Assembly: GCF_006345805.1 (NCBI RefSeq)
Contig: NW_021833378.1
Span: forward strand, 1-27,233
Source: Octopus sinensis
Taxonomy: Eukaryota
DNA: 27,233 nucleotides
Reading direction: 5' to 3'
Part shown: piece after piece, positions 21,440 through 27,233 of the stretch
How positions within the stretch are numbered: the stretch's first letter is position 1
Layout: each line of letters starts with the position of its first letter
Position numbers and translations under genes: made by a program
Notes under the pieces: generated by a model
Told to the model about the DNA's origin: nothing
The model's input: the letters and a program-made list of their open reading frames with translations, nothing else
Database searches by the model: none

Positions 21440-21658
21440 TGAATATGCATAAATGTGACCTCGTGTGTACCGTTGGCGATTTTTTTTCCTCTGTCTTCCC
21501 TTCTCTGGATCTTTCCTTCTCCTATGTTTCCGACGAAGAGCTCCGCTCGAAACGTTAAGCCCTCCTTCTTTCCTTCTTTCCTGAGCGTCAAATAATACTA
21601 TATTTGTTCCACGTCCTCGCGTTGCTGTGTTTTTTGTGTTTTCTTGTTTGGATTAACT
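21440..21658 (+). mobile_element. Short microsatellite-embedded Penelope-like unit carrying a minimal hammerhead
   Basis: Non-coding unit ending GGATTAAC next to a TA-rich tract and containing the motif at 21526-21560; the PLE link is inferred from the ribozyme type. Confidence 0.55.
21526..21560 (+). ncRNA. Minimal type I hammerhead ribozyme (U4C variant)
   Basis: Stem I GTTT/AAGC, core CCGACGA plus an extra A, stem II GAGC-TCC-GCTC, GAAA, palindromic stem III ACGT, triplet GUU. Confidence 0.7.
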
Positions 21659-21730
21659 TTATGTATATATAAACATATATAGACGTATTTGTGTGTGTTT
21701 GTGCGCATATTTACATGTGCATATATATAT

Positions 21731-21897
21731 ATACGACGGGTTTCTTTCAGTTTCTGTCTATCAAATCCATTCACAAGGCTTTGGTCGACCCGAGACTATA
21801 ATAGAAGACACTTGCCCAAAGTGCCACGCAATGAGACTGAACCCGGAACCATGTGGTTGGGAAGCAAGCTAATTACCACACAACCATTCCTGCACCT
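21731..21897 (-). mobile_element. SINE family 1 head half
   Basis: ACGACGGGTTTCTTTCAGTTTCTGTCTATCAAATCC..GACACTTGCCCAAAGTGCCACGC..AAGCAAGCTAATTACCACACAACCATTCCTGCACC. Confidence 0.9.
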
Positions 21898-21916
21898 ATA
21901 TGTATATATGCATATA

Positions 21917-22455
21917 TCTATATACCTAAATGTGTAATGGTGTCTGTCTCTAATTCCTCCCACACCGTCCAACCGATTGTAGTGATTTTTGGTGCATAGG
22001 TAGATCACATGCCCTGAAGTTCAAATAAGGCCGGGATTTTTCGAAAACTCGATAATGCTCAGTTGACATCGATTTTCGTAAGCTCAATTTGGGCGTTTGA
22101 ATGGGAATTTTCATAACGATGTTATTTTCCCTGCAGCTTTTGCATTTTTTCAGGTGTAAAATTTTAACAAAATCGATAGAATAGTCTGTAAGCAAATGCT
22201 TATTCACATTTGTGTCCTCTGCACCATTGAACACGTCGTCGTCGGCTGCAAATACTCCGCTCGGTCAACAAAATTCCGTCGCCTGCTCTGACCATTTTCC
22301 CTCCTCCTATCACATATCTACTCATCCTGCAACAGCCTGCCGAACCAGATATTACATCTTAATGGGTAATAGTTGCAACGGGAACGTAGATGATTTCAAT
22401 ACAAGGTCAGAGATGGGCTTAACTTCAACACGGAAAACACGAGTAACGCCGGATC
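21917..22455 (+). mobile_element. Degenerate non-autonomous Helitron-like element
   Basis: A|TCTATATA start, GTGTCTGTC, CAACCGATT..TTTTGG block, and a subterminal CACGAGTAACGCCGGA (22438-22453) similar to the hairpin of the 25861 element; no intact CTAG. Confidence 0.5.
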
Positions 22456-22458
22456 AAA

Positions 22459-22483
22459 TATATATATACATATATATATAGAC

Positions 22484-22516
<33 letters not shown>

Positions 22517-22532
22517 TATATAATATATATAT

Positions 22533-22589
<57 letters not shown>

Positions 22590-22705
22590 TATATGTATAT
22601 GTATATATATATGTATATATATATGTATATATATATATATATGTATATATATATGTATATATATATATGTATATATATATGTATATATATATATATGTAT
22701 ATATA
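22459..22705. repeat. Long (TA)n/(TATG) microsatellite
   Basis: Direct reading. Confidence 0.95.
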
Positions 22706-23200
22706 ACTGAGAATGTCTGTCTGTCTGTCTGTCCGTTCCCCTAAAACTTGAGAACTATACAACCAATTTCATTCAAATTTTACACATGCCTTACTTAAGG
22801 TCCGGGGAGTGTCATAGGCAAAAAAATTTAACTTTTTCCCTAGGGCGACCCCACAGCAATATCATATCTTCTCCACTATTTCAGTATTATGTGTTAAAAG
22901 TGAAACAAAACATCTCTCTATTGTAATGCAGACATTCACTTTAATACTGAACTATTAAAGTGAAAGTATTATATAACAGGGATGAACTATTAACAGTGGT
23001 CACCCATTTTGCTAGAAGAAGATCCGCTATGGTCTTATATGCTACACCACTGGTTTTCAATTCATATTAATCAAATTAATATTCAATTTTTCACCCTTAT
23101 TATGTGTGTGTGTGTGTATTAGCAATTCGTATAAAATTGCATCAATGACTTGAACTTGAATAAGTGGTTTCACATAAATGGGGATAAATTAAAAAGGTTT
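22700..23200 (+). mobile_element. 5' part of a second Helitron-like (HINE/DINE-1-style) element
   Basis: TATATAACTGAG..(GTCT)n..AACTTGAGAACTATACAACCAATTTCATTCAAATTTT head architecture; 3' end not found and the right boundary is approximate. Confidence 0.5.
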
Positions 23201-23439
23201 GTTGTTATTATTATTACTGTTTGACTATTGTAATCACATTTGTTGGTTCCTCGTCAGGGAAACGTTGTTGTGTTGCATTTGTTAAATAATTGTAAACCGT
23301 AACCCTCTCCCTTTCGGAGAAGGAGGTTTGGTTATTATTTAAAAATTGAATTGTGTCCCTGTTTGGGGAAATTGACAATATTTTCACCGTCTTTACGGAA
23401 GCATCTTTGTTAAAATGCCTTCGATAGAAGAAAGTCCAA

Positions 23440-23880
23440 AAATGAATTTCGCTGCAGCCGTACACTTCTATACAAAAGGGAGGACAAGATCAAATTGATC
23501 GAAATTGCAAGAGACGGGCCTACAATTCCAGTCTGTTATATATTTTGAGTATTGTTATCACTAGCGATATCAAGATATAACTTGGACTCCACCTGAACTT
23601 GCTTGCAATGATTCATTCCTGAGAGTATGTGACCTTCGGGCCATTTGACGTTGGGGAAGTTGAAATCACCCATTAAAAATATGGTCACGTTGTGTTCCAG
23701 ATTCACGAGGATTTCTTTAATTCTTGTGAGGCAATCTTCAAACTTGCCTATGTGATTTGGAGCATCCGGTGGGCAATAACTGCACACCAGTTATCGAACC
23801 CGAAACTAGCTTGTTGCGAAACAAATTTCATAACCATACGGCCAAGCTCTGCACATATGCGCCCAAGTAACTTCCTTGTT
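23440..23880 (-). mobile_element. Apurinic-type endonuclease fragment of a CR1/L2/Jockey-group LINE
   Basis: ORF 23536-23787: CSYCPPD..FEDCL..TIFLMGDFNFPNVKW carries the YxPP and GDFN motifs; a DLVL-like motif follows out of frame. Confidence 0.75.
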
Positions 23881-24259
23881 AAACTCCGTCAGATTTTTAT
23901 AAACTAATATAAAAAAAGTAAAATATACTTGGGAAAATTATTAGCGCGGAAAATTGGTTTTGAATGGTGCCGAGAGAATGGAACGATTTAACCTAAAGAA
24001 TTGGGCCAATGGGGTTAAAACATTTGAAGTGCAAATCTGGATTGTTTAATAAACGTTCTGCTGGTGAAAGGTGGGCTGTGATTGGGTGCGATGAACATAT
24101 AGAAAAGAACACAATGATTGATAGACAGGTGGTAACCAAGAGAATGGTGGTGAGGTGGTGGTGGTGGTGGTGGTGGTGTTAGATGAAATAATCATAATTC
24201 TCTAGTGATTATATTGTTGTTGTTGTTGTCGTTGGTGTTGTTAGTGATTTAGTCTGCTA

Positions 24260-24680
24260 ACGAAATGATTTTTCGGGACGTTTACCGCAGGCTCAGGCGT
24301 TTTAAACGGCACATCCATGTTAAATTGGATGTGTAGATTAATATTCGTTATAAAGGCTGCTTCTTTTGCTATTAGCAACTTCGTACACAGCCTGCCAGCT
24401 TTTTGCCGCCACACCACTGGCTGTTTGGCCAGTGTCGTTCTATATCAATTTGACTGATTTTCTGTCCGGCTCTCGACTTGGTCAGCTGCCGCTGATGATT
24501 CTCGATGCGATGAAACCACGTGATACGGCAGTGTCATCTGCGCATGTAATGACGGAATTTCGTCAACTGAAAATAGAATTTATATGCTTTTTAGCATGGG
24601 TTGTATACACGAAATGTTTTTGTGGGACGTTTACAGCAGTTTAAGGCGTTTTAAACAAGACACCCAAGTAAGGGTATGCT
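24260..24680 (+). mobile_element. Retrozyme-like unit: 349-bp period direct repeat containing a hammerhead
   Basis: 24260-24316 and 24609-24665 align without gaps at 46/57; one hammerhead per period; several hairpins; no ORF of recognisable family. Confidence 0.55.
24486..24531 (+). ncRNA. Type I hammerhead ribozyme with intact catalytic core
   Basis: Stem I CTGCCG/CGGCAG, CTGATGA (24492-24498), stem II TCG-ATG-CGA with an imperfect base, GAAA (24512-24515), near-palindromic stem III ACCACGTGAT, H17 = A24525. Confidence 0.75.
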
Positions 24681-24694
24681 GATATATTAATGAT

Positions 24695-25112
24695 TTTAAA
24701 TTTTGGCTCGAGGCCACCAATTTCGGGGAGGGACTAAGTTGATATCATCAACCCCAGTAACTAGCTGGTACTTATTTTATCGACCCCGAAAAGTTGTAAG
24801 AAAATGTCGACCTCGGCGGAATTTGAACTCAGAACGTAGACAGACGAAATGCTACTTAGCATTTCGCTTGGCGTGCTAAAAATTCTTATTTCTTTATTGC
24901 CCACAAAGGGCTAAATATAGAGGGGACGAACAAGGACAGACAAAGGGATTAAGTCGATTACATCGACCCCAGTGCGTAACTGGTACTTAATTTATCGACC
25001 CCGAAAGGATGAAAGGCAAAGTCGACCTCGGCGGAATTTGAACTCAGAACGTTACAGCTGACGAAATAACGCTTAGCATTTCGCCCGGCGTGCTAACGAT
25101 TCTGCCAGCTCG
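24695..25112 (-). mobile_element. Dimeric SINE family 2 (tail-1 unit + tail-2 unit)
   Basis: Unit 25112 to 24886, then restarts at TTAGCACGCC and ends in the tail-2 sequence CCCTCCCCGAAATTGGTGGCCTCGAGCCAAAATTT. Confidence 0.9.
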
Positions 25113-25860
25113 GAGAATAATAACACTCAGTCTAATACATACACCGATACGCATGCATGCACGCACGCACGCACGCACGCACGCACACATACACACACGC
25201 TGTCGTACTCTCATACACATATTTAGTTATATACATCAGTGTATGTATTCGTGTATAGTTTCCTTTGAGGTTCATCCCAGTTCTTCTTCACGGAGTCCAA
25301 GCTGGTGGTAACAAAGCAACAAGTCTTTGAGAATCATCAGAGTTCCCGGGTTTTGTAACAATGATTGATAGACAGATGGTAACCAAGAGAATGGTTGAGT
25401 TATACGAAAGATCTTTGCACTTGCATTTATGTTCTGTATGAACGTATCCCTTTAGTACGGAGGTGTTTGTGTATGCGTGTGATGAAGAACACTATCTTCT
25501 ATCTTACAATTCATCATTATCAATACCGACTTTGAGGAGTGAAGAACTTGTCCAAAATTCTTTGATATTTATAGCACATCATTTCTTACTACAGTTCAGT
25601 GTAGGAACTGAGCTTATTGCTAACTCTTCTTATAACTGTTTTCGTACATTCATGATTAAAATTGCTACCAGCAAAAACTTACTGGCACTTCCACCAAAAT
25701 ATTAGAGGAATTTTTTGCTGTTTCTTCTTTGGTGGAAACAAAATAGTGTCTGCTTTTTCATGAATTGATCGGTCTTGAATTTTCCCATCAAAAATTACTT
25801 CATCTTCAATCACCCCTAAACAAATTATTAAAATACAAATTATTCCATCTTTTAGAACCA

Positions 25861-26374
25861 CTAGCAGTATCGCCCGGCGTTGCTCGAGTTTGTAAGGGAA
25901 ATAACTATATAAGCATTTTTAGAGAGTTACTTCCCTTACAGACGCCAATTCGGGCTTTCTTAGCCATTTCTGTTTCGGTGTCTTCAAGCCATGAAGTCGT
26001 TGTTCTAAAAGAACGCTGGTCTCCTTGACAACGCTTTACGACGTTGATTTCCTTACACTCACTTCCCCACAGCTTCACGAGGGAGGGAAGAAGGGGGAGA
26101 AGCAACACAGGTGCAGGTGTGACCATGGACGCCAACTCCGCCGCCATCGACACACGAAAAAATATGCATTAAAATGGAATAAAAAATGATGTTAAATTAT
26201 TTTTAAAATCGTAGACTCATCGTAGACGCGCGCTAATACTCAGACGGGCTCGATATGAATCACGACTATAAGATACCCGAATTTGGTTAAACTGCACCGC
26301 AAAATGTGGGAGTAGTTAGGAATCTAAATCGAAGGGGACAGACACTCACACAACTACAGTTTTATATATATAGA
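25861..26374 (-). mobile_element. Complete 514-bp non-autonomous Helitron
   Basis: Minus strand: flank A | TCTATATATATAAAACTG ... hairpin CTCGAGCAACGCCGGG, 8 nt, CTAG | flank T. AT target, no TSD, no TIR. Confidence 0.9.
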
Positions 26375-26551
26375 TATAGGAGATTTTCCACTAATTATCT
26401 TTTCATTATTCTTTTAATCTCTTATATAATTCTTCGTTCTTCACCTTGGGGCTGGACAACTTTAAAATGTTTTAGATTTTTTAAAAATCTAATGTTTTAT
26501 TAAATGTGACGATTTGTCTCTCACCCACATTTTTTAATGTTTTTTTTTCAG

Positions 26552-26622
26552 TCGTCACAGGTCCTTCGCCCCTTTATGGGAAATGTTAACATTAGTTGGC
26601 CAGGGGGCGTCTTCGACGGCAG
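26552..26622 (+). CDS. Candidate internal exon (best supported in the window)
   Basis: Branch-like TTTAAT, T-run and CAG acceptor at 26549-26551, consensus donor CAG|GTGAGT; GC-rich island; phase 0 frame SSQVLRPFMGNVNISWPGGVFDG is open. Confidence 0.5.
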
Positions 26623-26714
26623 GTGAGTCAAAATTGGTAAATGTAAGGGAGACGTAAAGACTTATTGTAATAATGTCAAAGAAAAGCTTCAGAACAGAAA
26701 CAGCTGGTTCCTGT

Positions 26715-26780
26715 CACTTAAACTCAAACAGCAGCAGCTGCAACAGCAGCAACAACAACGACCACAAGTGCAATAGCAGC

Positions 26781-26812
<32 letters not shown>

Positions 26813-26930
26813 AAACAACTATAACAATAACGATAGCGATAACTACGAGAACAGCTGCAACAGCAGCGACAATAATGACTACATCATCATCATCATCATC
26901 ATCATCATCAACAACAACAACAACAACGAG
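26715..26930. repeat. (CAG/CAA/CAT)n trinucleotide mosaic
   Basis: Direct reading. Confidence 0.9.
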
Positions 26931-27233
26931 CTATGTCCATGGGAAATATAGTAGTCTTCGTTGTTCGTTGTAATCCGCCAGACTGAGTCATCTCTGACAT
27001 GACTCAGTATTAATTTTATTCTAAATTCCCACACCCACACATAATATCCTTGTAAAGACTCCATTGCAGTTTAGATACTTACTATTTGTGTAGTATTTAT
27101 CGATAGAGTTACTGGCCGGGGTGGGGGGGTTGTTAGGGCTGAGAGTGAGGGTCTGGTTGCGGCAAACCACTTGTACTACTGGCTTCTTTACTACGATACA
27201 TTCCACGTGTTTCCAGGTTCGAATTTTGAGGGA

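Noticed and set aside
1430-22762. Many ORFs rich in VC/HT/YI/LS/LL repeats
   Set aside because: They are translations of di-, tri- and tetranucleotide microsatellites that lack stops in some frames.
25325-25345. CTGATGA on minus (also 1138-1150 minus and 7790 plus)
   Set aside because: No GAAA, stem III or stem I in hammerhead register.

Overview
Eukaryotic, AT-rich, microsatellite-dense DNA whose interspersed repeats look like those of an octopod cephalopod (taxon inferred from recalled SINE families, not searched). No intact protein-coding gene is visible; almost all supplied ORFs are microsatellite or antisense artefacts. The window is a dense set of decayed mobile elements: about 20 tRNA-derived SINE copies in at least 4 families, an R4/Dong-like LINE fragment, CR1/L2-like endonuclease and 3'-end fragments, two internally deleted Tc1/mariner copies, three Helitron-like non-autonomous elements (one with complete termini), (TA)n-anchored Penelope-like units and a truncated 5S rRNA pseudogene. 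A few short candidate exons on + suggest the window may be largely intronic. The most notable signal is RNA-level: a type I hammerhead ribozyme with an intact core (24486-24531) inside a 349-bp direct-repeat unit resembling a non-LTR retrozyme, plus two further hammerhead-like motifs (21526-21560, 7909-7941) in unrelated repeats.
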